Origin: Escherichia phage vB_EcoM_LMP33
Sequence record: MK482689.1
Length of the DNA stretch: 64,000 bases
Strand: one strand, 5' to 3'
Below are positions 54,037 to 63,548 of this stretch, one piece after another; the stretch's first letter is position 1; the number at the start of each line of letters is the position of its first letter. Both the position numbers and the translations under genes were made by a program. The notes below the pieces were generated by a model, which saw only the letters and a list, made by a program, of their open reading frames with translations, had not been told where the DNA came from and made no database searches.

Positions 54037-54771
54037 ATGAAAGAGATGACAGAACAAGGTAAGGAGATTTTTAATCTCTTAAAAACCGGTAAAGGGTTTT
54101 CTAACCCACTTATTACTGGTGCAGCAGTTCTCGGTGGAACCGTAGCTGCCTCTACATCACTTGTAAGCTCTATTAGCTCTGTAACAGACCCTACAATGAA
54201 GGAGAAACTTGTTGCTGCTGGACTTACAACAGTCCTTCTAAACAGCTTTACAACAAGCCTTACAAGCACTACAGCAACTACTAAAACTCTGACAGACTAC
54301 GGTCAAAAGTCTATTGATGAGTTTTCATCACGTATGCAGGTAGCAAAGGGGTATTCCAATGTTATGGGTGCAGCAGGAGAACAAGTTGGTTGTACACCAT
54401 TCAGTGGTATCATGGGTGTTGCTACAGAGTATGGTCAAAAAGCTATTGACATGATGAACAGTACACTAGATAGTGTTAATGGTGTGTTAAGTGACTTACA
54501 AGATGCTATTGATAAGGGTCTTGATACTGTTTCTGATTTAGCTAATCAGGCTGTTAGTAAGATTAATGAAGGTATTTCAAAGATTACAGCTTATGCAGAT
54601 GAAGTTGTGCAGATGATTGAAGAAGAAGCTTCCCTTATTGCAGAGTACCTTAAAACGAATATCAATGGGTTCTTAGCAGGTATCTTACCAGACTGGTTTG
54701 ATGATGCCTGTAAAACTGGTGTGATTGACACTATTGCAACACCAGAAATGAAGAGCGCATTACAGAAATAA
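54037..54771 (+). CDS. hypothetical Ser/Thr-rich protein
   Basis: Start placed at ATG 54037 (MKEMTEQG..., after AAAGG) because the track start at 53974 overlaps tRNA-Phe; about 244 aa. Confidence 0.4.
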   Translation: MKEMTEQGKEIFNLLKTGKGFSNPLITGAAVLGGTVAASTSLVSSISSVTDPTMKEKLVAAGLTTVLLNSFTTSLTSTTATTKTLTDYGQKSIDEFSSRMQVAKGYSNVMGAAGEQVGCTPFSGIMGVATEYGQKAIDMMNSTLDSVNGVLSDLQDAIDKGLDTVSDLANQAVSKINEGISKITAYADEVVQMIEEEASLIAEYLKTNINGFLAGILPDWFDDACKTGVIDTIATPEMKSALQK

Positions 54772-54773
54772 AT

Positions 54774-54866
54774 GGAAGATTAACCCTAAAAGGTAAGGGA
54801 GCAGTTTGCTAAACTGCCAGTAGCTGAGAAATCGGTGTACCAGTTCAAGTCTGGTATCTTCCTCCA
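54774..54866 (+). tRNA. tRNA-Ser (anticodon GCU), long variable arm
   Basis: Acceptor GGAAGAT/ATCTTCC, anticodon arm GCAGT-TTGCTAA-ACTGC, long variable arm, T-arm ACCAG-TTCAAGT-CTGGT, CCA. Confidence 0.6.
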
Positions 54867-54870
54867 ATTT

Positions 54871-54946
54871 GAATCCGTGACAGAAATGGCTATGTGCCTG
54901 TCTGCAAAACAGGTTTATAAGGGTTCGAGTCCCTTCGGATTCTCCA
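54871..54946 (+). tRNA. tRNA-Cys (anticodon GCA)
   Basis: Acceptor GAATCCG/CGGATTC, anticodon arm CCTGT-CTGCAAA-ACAGG, T-arm AAGGG-TTCGAGT-CCCTT, CCA. Confidence 0.65.
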
Positions 54947-55168
54947 AGTTATTTTACTCTCTCTCAATTAAAATAATAATAATGCCCTGCTATAAGTATT
55001 CTTCCTTTCGCTACCGAAGAGTATTTTTAGACAGGGCTTTTTTACAGAGTTATACTTTATAAGAAGACTTATACAGTATGTCTCTGACGTACATTGTGGT
55101 TTCTCCTTGACGGTCTCTGTACCGTCTTTTTTAAGGGGAAACATGGTTAACTATTTGGAGAAAACATA

Positions 55169-55369
55169 ATGAGCGAGACCGTTTATAAAGAACTTTATGA
55201 AGCTAATAAGAAGCTAGAATTTATGCAGAACACTATCATGGCAATTGCAGACAGATTATCTGTAGCAACAGGTATTGATATTAAAGAAGCATCTATGGAT
55301 GCACTTCTTGATGCTGTTGATGCAAAGTTCGAAGTTAAGAAAGAAGAGACTGCTACAGACTCTGAATAA
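55169..55369 (+). CDS. hypothetical small protein (possible small terminase subunit by position)
   Basis: 66-aa acidic helical ORF directly upstream of the large terminase; positional inference only. Confidence 0.25.
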   Translation: MSETVYKELYEANKKLEFMQNTIMAIADRLSVATGIDIKEASMDALLDAVDAKFEVKKEETATDSE

Positions 55370-55375
55370 TTCTAT

Positions 55376-56992
55376 TTGCGGAGGTGCTTAATGGACTTAA
55401 ATGCTGTTAAGCAGAAGCGAGTGGAAGATGTTAGGAAAGTCCTAGCTGGAGAGTTGGGGCTTTCTGATGAAGTAAAAGAAATTATCAAATCATTCGGTAA
55501 AGACCCCTCTAAATTCCTTCCAACTCAAATTCTGACTTTATTAAGATACACACCAGACCAAGTTAGACTTATCTTCAAATTGATGACTGATAAGAACTAT
55601 GTAGCCCCTCAGCCGGGTTCTCAAGAGGTCTTTTTAAATACTAATGCTGACTTGGTTCTCTATGGTGGTGCTGCGGGTGCTGGTAAGACTGCTGCATTGT
55701 TAATGGACTCTTTAAGGTTTATTGACGACCCTAATTATAACGCTGTATATTTCCGTCGAAATACAACACAGTTACAAGGTGGTTTGTGGCCTGCTGCAAA
55801 GAAACTATTTGGTAAGTTTGGTGGGGTTCCTCACGAGCAGAAGATGACTATCACATTCCCTTCTGGGGCAACTATCAAGTTTACCTATCTAGAACTTGAA
55901 AAGCACGCTGAAGGTCATCAGGGTATTGAATACTCAGCTATTTACTTTGACGAAGGTACACACTTCTCTGCTTCACAGATTTCATACCTACAAACCCGTC
56001 TACGTTCTGGTGCTGAAGGTGATTCATACATGAAGATTTCCATGAACCCAGACAGAGACCACTTTATTTACGATTGGGTAGAGCCATTCTTAGATGAAGA
56101 AGGCTATCCAGACCCTGAAAAATGTGGTCGTATTCGTTGGTATGTAATGAACGATGGTGTGATGGTTTCTGATTGGGAGAGAGACAAGATTCTTGAAATG
56201 TTCCCTCTTGAGATTCCTCAAACATACACCTTTATCTCTGGTACGATTGATGATAACCCAATCCTTGACTTCTTAGAGCCTAAGTACCGTGGTAAGTTGG
56301 AAAACAACACCCCTGTAAACGTTGCAAGACTTCGTTTCGGTAACTGGAAGGCTCGTGCAGAAGGTTCAAACTATTGGCAAAGGCAATGGTGTGAGATTGT
56401 TGATTCACTCCCAGAAGATGTATTTGATGTTAGAGCATGGGACTTAGCAGCAACTTTACCATCTGAGATTAACCCTAATCCAGACTGGACAGCAGGTGTT
56501 AAGATGGGTAAATCTAAAAAAGACGGTTGCTATTATATCATTGATGTAGTAAGATTTAGAGATAGACCCTCTGGAGTCGAAACACAAATTAATTTGACTG
56601 CTGAAAGTGACGGTAAGCGAACTGGTATTTTTATCCCTCAAGACCCAGGCGCTGCTGGTAAATCCTACGCAACATCCCTCATCAGGAAACTTGCCGAGAA
56701 AGGTTATCGAGCAAGAGCCAAACCAACAAATAAAGATAAAGTTACCCGCTTTGCGGGATTTTCTGCTGCTTCTGAAGCTGGACTTGTAAAAGTCTTGAGA
56801 GGTAGTTGGAATGAAGCTTACTTTCAAGAACTTGAAGGTTTTTGTGGTGACGGCAAAACTAAAGATGACCAAGTGGATGCTACCAGTGATGCTTTCAACA
56901 GTCTTAACGAAGTTAAATTATTCAAGCCACCATCAATGGGTGCTCACACAGACTTAGTGAGAGGAAACCCATATGAGGGGCTTAGACGTTGA
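55376..56992 (+). CDS. terminase large subunit
   Basis: Walker A LVLYGGAAGAGKTAALL; Walker B-like AIYFDEGTH; C-terminal nuclease-like acidic motifs; size and position before portal. Confidence 0.8.
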   Translation: MRRCLMDLNAVKQKRVEDVRKVLAGELGLSDEVKEIIKSFGKDPSKFLPTQILTLLRYTPDQVRLIFKLMTDKNYVAPQPGSQEVFLNTNADLVLYGGAAGAGKTAALLMDSLRFIDDPNYNAVYFRRNTTQLQGGLWPAAKKLFGKFGGVPHEQKMTITFPSGATIKFTYLELEKHAEGHQGIEYSAIYFDEGTHFSASQISYLQTRLRSGAEGDSYMKISMNPDRDHFIYDWVEPFLDEEGYPDPEKCGRIRWYVMNDGVMVSDWERDKILEMFPLEIPQTYTFISGTIDDNPILDFLEPKYRGKLENNTPVNVARLRFGNWKARAEGSNYWQRQWCEIVDSLPEDVFDVRAWDLAATLPSEINPNPDWTAGVKMGKSKKDGCYYIIDVVRFRDRPSGVETQINLTAESDGKRTGIFIPQDPGAAGKSYATSLIRKLAEKGYRARAKPTNKDKVTRFAGFSAASEAGLVKVLRGSWNEAYFQELEGFCGDGKTKDDQVDATSDAFNSLNEVKLFKPPSMGAHTDLVRGNPYEGLRR

Positions 56993-56999
56993 TAGCTAG

Positions 57000-58475
57000 G
57001 TGAGAAGAATGGCAGATATTACAGAAACACAAGAAAGCTTACCACCATTTAGAATGGGTGAAGTAGGTTCTTTGGGTCTGAAGGTTAAGAATGGAAGAAT
57101 CTATGAAGAACCTCGTCAGGCACTAAGGTTCCCTGAAAGTATTAAAACTTTCCAATTAATGATGCGTGACCCTGCTGTAGCAGCATCTGTAAATATTATT
57201 AAGATGTTTGTCAGAAAAGTCAACTGGAGATTCGTACCTCCAAAGGGAAAAGAGCAAGACCCTAAAATGCTTGAAAGAGCAGACTTCTTTAATTCTTTAA
57301 TGGATGACATGGAGCATGATTGGGCAGATTTTATTAACTCTGTAATGTCATTCTGCACTTATGGGTTCTGTGTTAACGAAAAGGTTTATAAGAAACGTCA
57401 GGGTAAAAAAGGAAAGTACCAGTCAAAATTTGATGATGGTCTAATTGGATGGGCTAAATTACCAATCAGAAACCAATCAACACTTGATAAGTGGTATTTT
57501 GACGAAGACTTTAGAAAAGTTACTGGTGTCAGACAGAATCTGAGAAATGTTTCACATATTGCTGGAGCAATTAATCTTGGAGAAAGACCACTAACAAGAA
57601 AACTTCCACGAGCTAAATTCATGCTGTTTAAGTATGATGATGAATATGGAAACCCAGAAGGTCGTTCACCATTACTTAATGCTTATGTACCGTGGAAGTA
57701 TAAAGTCCAGATTGAAGAGTACGAAGCTGTTGGTGTTTCAAGAGACTTGGTAGGTATGCCAAAGATTGGTTTGCCACCAGATTATCTGGATGAAAATGCA
57801 GAACCTGAAAAGAAAGCTTTCGTACAATACTGCAAAACTGTTGTTAATGATATGATTGCTAATGATAGAGCAGGTTTAATCTGGCCTAGATATATCGACC
57901 CAGATACTAAAGAGGATATTTTCGAGTTCTCATTAGTTTCTAGACAGGGTGCTAAAGCATACGATACAGGTTCTATTATTGACAGATATTCCAAGCAGAT
58001 TATGATGGCATTTATGTCAGATGTTCTTGCTATGGGTCAGTCAAAATACGGTTCATTCTCTCTTGCAGATTCTAAGACGAGTTTACTAGCAATGTCAGTA
58101 GATATTCTGCTGAAGCAAATTAAGAACGTAATTAACCGTGACTTAGTTGCACAGACTTATGCTCTTAATATGTGGGATGATGAAGAACATGTGCAAATCA
58201 CATATGATGATATCGAAACTCCAGACCTTGAAGCAATTGGTTCTTATATTCAGAAGACTGTTGCAGTAGGTGCTTTGGAAGTTGACAAAGAGCTATCTAA
58301 CAAACTTAGAGAGCATATTGGTCTCCCTCCTGCTGATGAGTCTCAGCCAGTATCTGAAAAGCTTTCTCCAAATAGCCAAAGCCGCTCAGGAGATGGTTAT
58401 AAGACCGCTGGGGAAGGCACTGCAAAGACACCTTCAGCGAAAGACCCAAGCACAGCAAATAAGGCAAATAAATAA
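57000..58475 (+). CDS. portal protein (putative)
   Basis: 491-aa ORF directly after the large terminase and before the protease/scaffold; assigned by synteny and size. Confidence 0.55.
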   Translation: MRRMADITETQESLPPFRMGEVGSLGLKVKNGRIYEEPRQALRFPESIKTFQLMMRDPAVAASVNIIKMFVRKVNWRFVPPKGKEQDPKMLERADFFNSLMDDMEHDWADFINSVMSFCTYGFCVNEKVYKKRQGKKGKYQSKFDDGLIGWAKLPIRNQSTLDKWYFDEDFRKVTGVRQNLRNVSHIAGAINLGERPLTRKLPRAKFMLFKYDDEYGNPEGRSPLLNAYVPWKYKVQIEEYEAVGVSRDLVGMPKIGLPPDYLDENAEPEKKAFVQYCKTVVNDMIANDRAGLIWPRYIDPDTKEDIFEFSLVSRQGAKAYDTGSIIDRYSKQIMMAFMSDVLAMGQSKYGSFSLADSKTSLLAMSVDILLKQIKNVINRDLVAQTYALNMWDDEEHVQITYDDIETPDLEAIGSYIQKTVAVGALEVDKELSNKLREHIGLPPADESQPVSEKLSPNSQSRSGDGYKTAGEGTAKTPSAKDPSTANKANK

Positions 58476-58975
58476 TGGCTGAAGTTATCTCTATTTCAAA
58501 TGCTACACGAGTGCATTCGTATAGAGGTGTTCTTATTATCACTGACAAATTATCTGTAGGGGCTGGCTCAAGGGTCAGCCTTTCAGGTTATGTAAGTGAT
58601 GGTGGAACCTCTGACGTTTTCACTATTTGTAGGTTACTTGATGCTCCAATGAGTGGAAAACCGTTTATTTCAGGAAATTGTAGTGAAATTGTTAAAATTC
58701 CATTTGACAGTTCATGCCTTTTGGGTGTAAAGTTATATAACTGCGAGAATAAACGTATCAATGTTAATAGCATTGAAGCCGCTTTCATTACCCTCGACAC
58801 TGCATTTCAATCTCCAATGACAGTTAATAAAGAAACAAACAGACTTGAATACATTTTTTCACAAAATGATTACAAAGTACTTGTCAAAGGTAAAGTATAT
58901 GATATGATTGTAAATGTGGTAGATGAATCTGGTAACCATTCAACAGTCCTTAAACAAAAAGTAAGGTTTAATTAA
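58475..58975 (+). CDS. hypothetical protein (head module)
   Basis: 166-aa ORF. Confidence 0.35.
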   Translation: MAEVISISNATRVHSYRGVLIITDKLSVGAGSRVSLSGYVSDGGTSDVFTICRLLDAPMSGKPFISGNCSEIVKIPFDSSCLLGVKLYNCENKRINVNSIEAAFITLDTAFQSPMTVNKETNRLEYIFSQNDYKVLVKGKVYDMIVNVVDESGNHSTVLKQKVRFN

Positions 58976-59307
58976 TGGGAACATTAACTATTGATGGTAA
59001 GAATAAAATCCTCGCCACGCTAACCCCAACGACTATTATTTTACACAATGTAGACCCAACGGCAGACCCTACAGCAAATAAGGTTACTCAGCCAGTGGCT
59101 ATTTATTTTTCTGAACCGGATAATGGCTTAATTGCCTCAGAAGATACAGTTAATATTACTGTTCCAGCTTCTGCAACGGTCTCACACTATAGCTTGTGGG
59201 ATGCTAACGATAAATGCGTGGCAACTGGTGCTCTTAGCAAACCTCAATTCTTCGCTGAAGAAGGTATCTATGTTATCTCTTCAGTCTCTGTAGATTTAAA
59301 CAAATAG
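58975..59307 (+). CDS. hypothetical protein (head module)
   Basis: 110-aa ORF. Confidence 0.35.
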   Translation: MGTLTIDGKNKILATLTPTTIILHNVDPTADPTANKVTQPVAIYFSEPDNGLIASEDTVNITVPASATVSHYSLWDANDKCVATGALSKPQFFAEEGIYVISSVSVDLNK

Positions 59308-59318
59308 GGTGAGTAAAA

Positions 59319-60665
59319 ATGAGTTCGAATATCTTCAGACTTGCTGATAGATTATTCAACCAACCTTTACTAGCCACTGAATCATTAGCTCACTCAGCAG
59401 CAACTTATGTGAATAACAGATTGCTGGGTGATGTCCAAGCAGCAGTAAACTTTGATAAACCCAAAGGTGAAGCAAGAAGTCTTTTAAAAGTGAAAGATGA
59501 CATTGCTATTATCCCTATTATGGGTGGTTTAACCCATCGTATGACATTCATTGATGCAATGTGTACAGGTGGATTAAGCTCTTATGAAGGTTTGCGTAGA
59601 GGCTTTGACGAAGCTTTAGCAGATGAGTCAATTAAGACTATCGTTCTGCATATTGATTCTGGTGGTGGTGAAGCTTCAGGTTGCTTTGAATTAGCACGTC
59701 ACATCATGGCTTCAAGAGGCCAAAAGAAAATTATTGCTTATGTAGATGAGTTCGCTTGTTCCGCTGCATATGCTCTTGCATCTTCTGCTGAAGAAATTAT
59801 TGCATCACCAGATGCAGATGTTGGTTCTATCGGTGTAATCATGGTTCATCAGGAATTAACTAAGGCATTTGAAAAGAATGGCGTAACAATTAACGTCATT
59901 AAAGCTGGTGAATTTAAAGGGATGGGTTCACCATTCCAAGCACTCTCAGAAGAAAGCAAAGAAAGACTTCAAAAGAGAATTAATGATACCTACGCAACCT
60001 TTACAGGTTTTGTAGCCGAATCTCGTAATCTCTCTGAAGAAGCTGTAAAGAATACTGAGGCGAATGTTTATTCTGCTCAGGAAGCTCTTGAACTTGGTTT
60101 AATTAACTCAATCATGTCTCAAGATGATTTCTTAAATTACTTACAAGGTTCTGAAGAGGCTCCTGTAAGTTTAAACGTTAACAATTCAGGTGAAGAAATG
60201 ACTGAACAAGAAAAGCAAGAACTAGAAGCTTTGCGTCTTCAGGTTGCTCAAATGAAAGCTAAAGAACAGGAAGCTGCTTTGTCAGATTTGACTAATAAGA
60301 TTTCTGCTTCTGCTGAAGCTTTTGGATTTGATGCAAAAGAAGCTGCAACGACTATTTTAGGTGCTGGTCTTGATAACCCTCTGAGTGTTCTGTTTATGAA
60401 TGCTATGGAAGGTGCTAACCAGAAACTTAATGAAACTATCGCGTCCCATGCTTCTGCAATGGAAGAAAAAGAATCAGAAATTACCAAGCTGAAAGAAACT
60501 GCTGGTGCTGTCCTTGAACATTCTAATGCTATGGAAGAAATGGGTAATGACGGCGAAGCTGATTTGGTTGAAGAAGAAAAAGAACCAGCTAAGAATGCTT
60601 CCGAAGACACCGCTGAACAACGCAAACTGGCTCTCCAGAATGCTCTCAAATCTCTTATCAAATAA
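59319..60665 (+). CDS. prohead protease (S49/SppA-ClpP-like) fused to scaffold-like coiled-coil C-terminus
   Basis: IAIIPIMGGL...TIVLHIDSGGGEASG...VDEFACSAAYALASSAEEI...GSIGVIM resembles S49 head-maturation proteases; C-terminal 150 aa is Ala/Glu-rich coiled coil. Confidence 0.6.
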   Translation: MSSNIFRLADRLFNQPLLATESLAHSAATYVNNRLLGDVQAAVNFDKPKGEARSLLKVKDDIAIIPIMGGLTHRMTFIDAMCTGGLSSYEGLRRGFDEALADESIKTIVLHIDSGGGEASGCFELARHIMASRGQKKIIAYVDEFACSAAYALASSAEEIIASPDADVGSIGVIMVHQELTKAFEKNGVTINVIKAGEFKGMGSPFQALSEESKERLQKRINDTYATFTGFVAESRNLSEEAVKNTEANVYSAQEALELGLINSIMSQDDFLNYLQGSEEAPVSLNVNNSGEEMTEQEKQELEALRLQVAQMKAKEQEAALSDLTNKISASAEAFGFDAKEAATTILGAGLDNPLSVLFMNAMEGANQKLNETIASHASAMEEKESEITKLKETAGAVLEHSNAMEEMGNDGEADLVEEEKEPAKNASEDTAEQRKLALQNALKSLIK

Positions 60666-60676
60666 GGAACACAATA

Positions 60677-61054
60677 ATGGCATATCAAGGTTTTACTAAG
60701 TTAGGTAACAGAGAACCTCTGAATGATATCATTCTTTGGGAACAGATTACCCCAACAGGTCACTCTCGTAAAGAGTACACTCCAGTTGCTTCAACAGAAT
60801 ACCGTGTAGGTGAAGTTCTGAAAGCAGACGGTACTAAAGTTGCAGCAGGGGAAGAAGCTCAGGCTGACTCTGTGTGTATCGTTAACTTCTACGCAGACTC
60901 ACAACTGTCTTATCATGGTCAGTTGAAAGTGGTAGGCATCTACCGTGATGCAGAACTGAAAGACATGCTTACTCTTGAAGCAAGTGTTAATGCTGAGAGT
61001 GTTAAGGCAGCTCTGGCTGCTAAAGGTATTGATTTCGTACCAACTGGCCTGTAA
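60677..61054 (+). CDS. head decoration protein (lambda gpD-like), putative
   Basis: 125-aa ORF between protease/scaffold and major capsid gene; size and position as for gpD-type decoration proteins. Confidence 0.35.
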   Translation: MAYQGFTKLGNREPLNDIILWEQITPTGHSRKEYTPVASTEYRVGEVLKADGTKVAAGEEAQADSVCIVNFYADSQLSYHGQLKVVGIYRDAELKDMLTLEASVNAESVKAALAAKGIDFVPTGL

Positions 61055-61087
61055 TAACAATAATAAGACATTCTGGAGAATTTTACA

Positions 61088-62197
61088 ATGTTGACTAATT
61101 CTGAAAAAAGCAGATTTTTCCTTGCTGACCTGACTGGTGAAGTCCAGTCTATCCCAAATACTTATGGGTATATTTCCAACTTAGGTCTGTTCCGTTCAGC
61201 ACCAATTACCCAAACTACTTTCCTTATGGACTTGACTGATTGGGATGTTAGTTTGCTTGATGCGGTAGACCGTGATAGCCGTAAAGCAGAGACTAGCGCA
61301 CCTGAGCGTGTTCGTCAAATCAGCTTCCCAATGATGTACTTCAAAGAAGTTGAAAGCATTACTCCTGATGAGATTCAGGGTGTACGTCAGCCAGGCACTG
61401 CAAACGAACTGACTACTGAAGCTGTAGTACGTGCTAAGAAGCTGATGAAGATTCGTACCAAGTTCGATATTACTCGTGAGTTCTTGTTTATGCAAGCTCT
61501 GAAGGGTAAAGTTGTTGATGCTCGTGGTACTCTGTATGCTGACCTGTACAAGCAGTTCGACGTTGAGAAGAAGACTGTTTACTTCGACCTTGACAACCCT
61601 AATGCTGACATTGACGCTTCTATTGAAGAACTGCGTATGCACATGGAAGACGAAGCTAAGACTGGCACTGTAATCAACGGTGAAGAAATTCACGTAGTTG
61701 TTGACCGTGTATTCTTCAGCAAACTGACCAAGCATCCTAAGATTCGTGACGCTTATCTTGCACAGCAGACTCCACTGGCTTGGCAACAGATTACTGGTTC
61801 TCTGAGAACTGGTGGTACTGACGGCGTTCAGGCTCATATGAACACCTTCTACTACGGTGGTGTTAAGTTTGTCCAGTACAACGGTAAGTTCAAAGACAAG
61901 CGTGGTAAAGTTCACACTCTGGTTAGCATTGATGGTGTTACTCAGGATGGAACTGTAGGTGTAGGACATGCTTTCCCTAACGTTTCTATGCTGGGTGAAG
62001 CAAACAACATCTTCGAAGTGGCATATGGCCCATGTCCTAAGATGGGTTATGCGAATACACTTGGTCAGGAACTATACGTATTCGAATACGAAAAAGACCG
62101 TGACGAAGGTATCGACTTTGAAGCTCACTCTTACATGCTGCCATACTGTACTCGTCCTCAGTTGCTGGTAGATGTTCGTTCTGACGCTAAAGACTAA
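61088..62197 (+). CDS. major capsid protein
   Basis: 369-aa ORF after protease/scaffold and decoration gene; strong RBS; canonical head-module order. Confidence 0.6.
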   Translation: MLTNSEKSRFFLADLTGEVQSIPNTYGYISNLGLFRSAPITQTTFLMDLTDWDVSLLDAVDRDSRKAETSAPERVRQISFPMMYFKEVESITPDEIQGVRQPGTANELTTEAVVRAKKLMKIRTKFDITREFLFMQALKGKVVDARGTLYADLYKQFDVEKKTVYFDLDNPNADIDASIEELRMHMEDEAKTGTVINGEEIHVVVDRVFFSKLTKHPKIRDAYLAQQTPLAWQQITGSLRTGGTDGVQAHMNTFYYGGVKFVQYNGKFKDKRGKVHTLVSIDGVTQDGTVGVGHAFPNVSMLGEANNIFEVAYGPCPKMGYANTLGQELYVFEYEKDRDEGIDFEAHSYMLPYCTRPQLLVDVRSDAKD

Positions 62198-62218
62198 TAT
62201 TCTTAAGGAGGGTTATGA

Positions 62219-62668
62219 ATGTGTTATACAGGCGACCCAGCCAATAACCCTCTTGATAGAGTAAGAATCCTCTGCACAGACACCAATAATGACGAAATTC
62301 TTATTGAACAGTCTGTGCTAGAGTGGTTCTACCTAGAATCTGGAAAGGATGAAAAGAAAGCAGCCATCAAAGCTCTTAAATATTTACTCTTTCAAGTAGC
62401 CAAGATGGGAGATGAGAAAGTTGGTGGTGTTTACTTACGTAACTCTTCCAGATTCAAATCTCTGAAAGCTGTTTATGACGACCTTGTTAAAAGCTCTGTT
62501 TCAGGACTACCCTATGCAGGTGGTATTAATCAGTGTGATATTGACATGCGTCGTCATAATCCTTGCTCTGTCAAGAAATACACAGAATATGGTGATGCTG
62601 CCAGATACGAAGGCAGAGATTACTGCAACCGTGTTAATGGCGTATTTATTATCGAGCGAGATGAATAA
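62219..62668 (+). CDS. hypothetical protein (head completion/connector region)
   Basis: 149-aa ORF after the capsid gene. Confidence 0.35.
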   Translation: MCYTGDPANNPLDRVRILCTDTNNDEILIEQSVLEWFYLESGKDEKKAAIKALKYLLFQVAKMGDEKVGGVYLRNSSRFKSLKAVYDDLVKSSVSGLPYAGGINQCDIDMRRHNPCSVKKYTEYGDAARYEGRDYCNRVNGVFIIERDE

Positions 62669-63150
62669 TGGTTAAAAGGGTTATTCACCCCGCTAGAGCA
62701 AAATTAGTCGGGGCTATGAAGAACTTGCAAACGGCTAATGCTCAAGTTGGGTATTTTCAAGAACAAGGTCAACATAGCTCTGGTTTTTCTTATCCTGCTT
62801 TAATGTATTTACAAGAAGTTATTGGGGTTCCTTCAGCTTCTGGTAAAGTATATCGTAGGTTGTTTGAAATCACTATGATGCTAAACAAACAGACCTTGTT
62901 AGAGCAGACTAAGAAGAATCTATATAAGCAACTTAGCAGTCTCAACACAGACCCTTCAAATACCTTAGAAGCATTTGCAAAGAATACTCAAAAGGCAATT
63001 AAAAGGGGTTTTGGTAATTCTGCTATCCTCCCTCCTAACGCACCTTCCACAGTCAAGAAAAAAGGCTTTAACGCACCTCTTGTTGAGACAGGTGACTTAA
63101 GAGATAACCTTGCTTATAAAATTTCTACTAAGAAGGGTATTAAAAAATGA
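62668..63150 (+). CDS. hypothetical protein (head-tail joining region)
   Basis: 160-aa ORF, overlapping start/stop. Confidence 0.35.
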   Translation: MVKRVIHPARAKLVGAMKNLQTANAQVGYFQEQGQHSSGFSYPALMYLQEVIGVPSASGKVYRRLFEITMMLNKQTLLEQTKKNLYKQLSSLNTDPSNTLEAFAKNTQKAIKRGFGNSAILPPNAPSTVKKKGFNAPLVETGDLRDNLAYKISTKKGIKK

Positions 63151-63548
63151 GACTCTTAAACAGACACAGCTTTGTAGTAAAGCGTAAAGTCTCTGAAGAC
63201 GGTTATTATAATGATGATGGTGATTGGGTAGCTTCACAAGATATTGTAGAGGTTAACTGCAAAGGTAATATCCAGCCATATATCAAAGGTTCTGTAAAGA
63301 ATGGTACACAGATTGCTTTACCGGAAGGTATTAGGCTTACCGATACAAGAATCCTGTATACCACATATAAGCTTAGAACTTCAGATGATGTAGAGTGGAA
63401 TGAGTCTGATATTGTTATGATTGATGGTCATGAGTATGAAGTATTTATGACTATGGATTGGTCACAGCAATTAGCCCATACATCCCATTATGAATATATC
63501 ATTATTAGAAGGGATAAAATGAATGCAGTTAGAAACAGCAGAACTTGA
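63147..63548 (+). CDS. hypothetical protein (head-tail joining region)
   Basis: 133-aa ORF. Confidence 0.35.
   Translation: MRLLNRHSFVVKRKVSEDGYYNDDGDWVASQDIVEVNCKGNIQPYIKGSVKNGTQIALPEGIRLTDTRILYTTYKLRTSDDVEWNESDIVMIDGHEYEVFMTMDWSQQLAHTSHYEYIIIRRDKMNAVRNSRT

Noticed and set aside
54835-55062. 75-aa plus-strand ORF at 54835..55062
   Set aside because: Overlaps tRNA-Ser(GCU) and tRNA-Cys(GCA) and a downstream hairpin; artefact of the ORF caller.
60248-60688. 146-aa minus-strand ORF antisense to the protease/scaffold gene (and nested 60474..60683)
   Set aside because: Antisense to a confident structural gene; Ser/Ala-rich translation mirrors the coiled-coil codons of the sense strand.
61196-61969. 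257-aa minus-strand ORF antisense to the major capsid gene
   Set aside because: Entirely contained within, and antisense to, the major capsid protein gene, which has the strong RBS and expected position.
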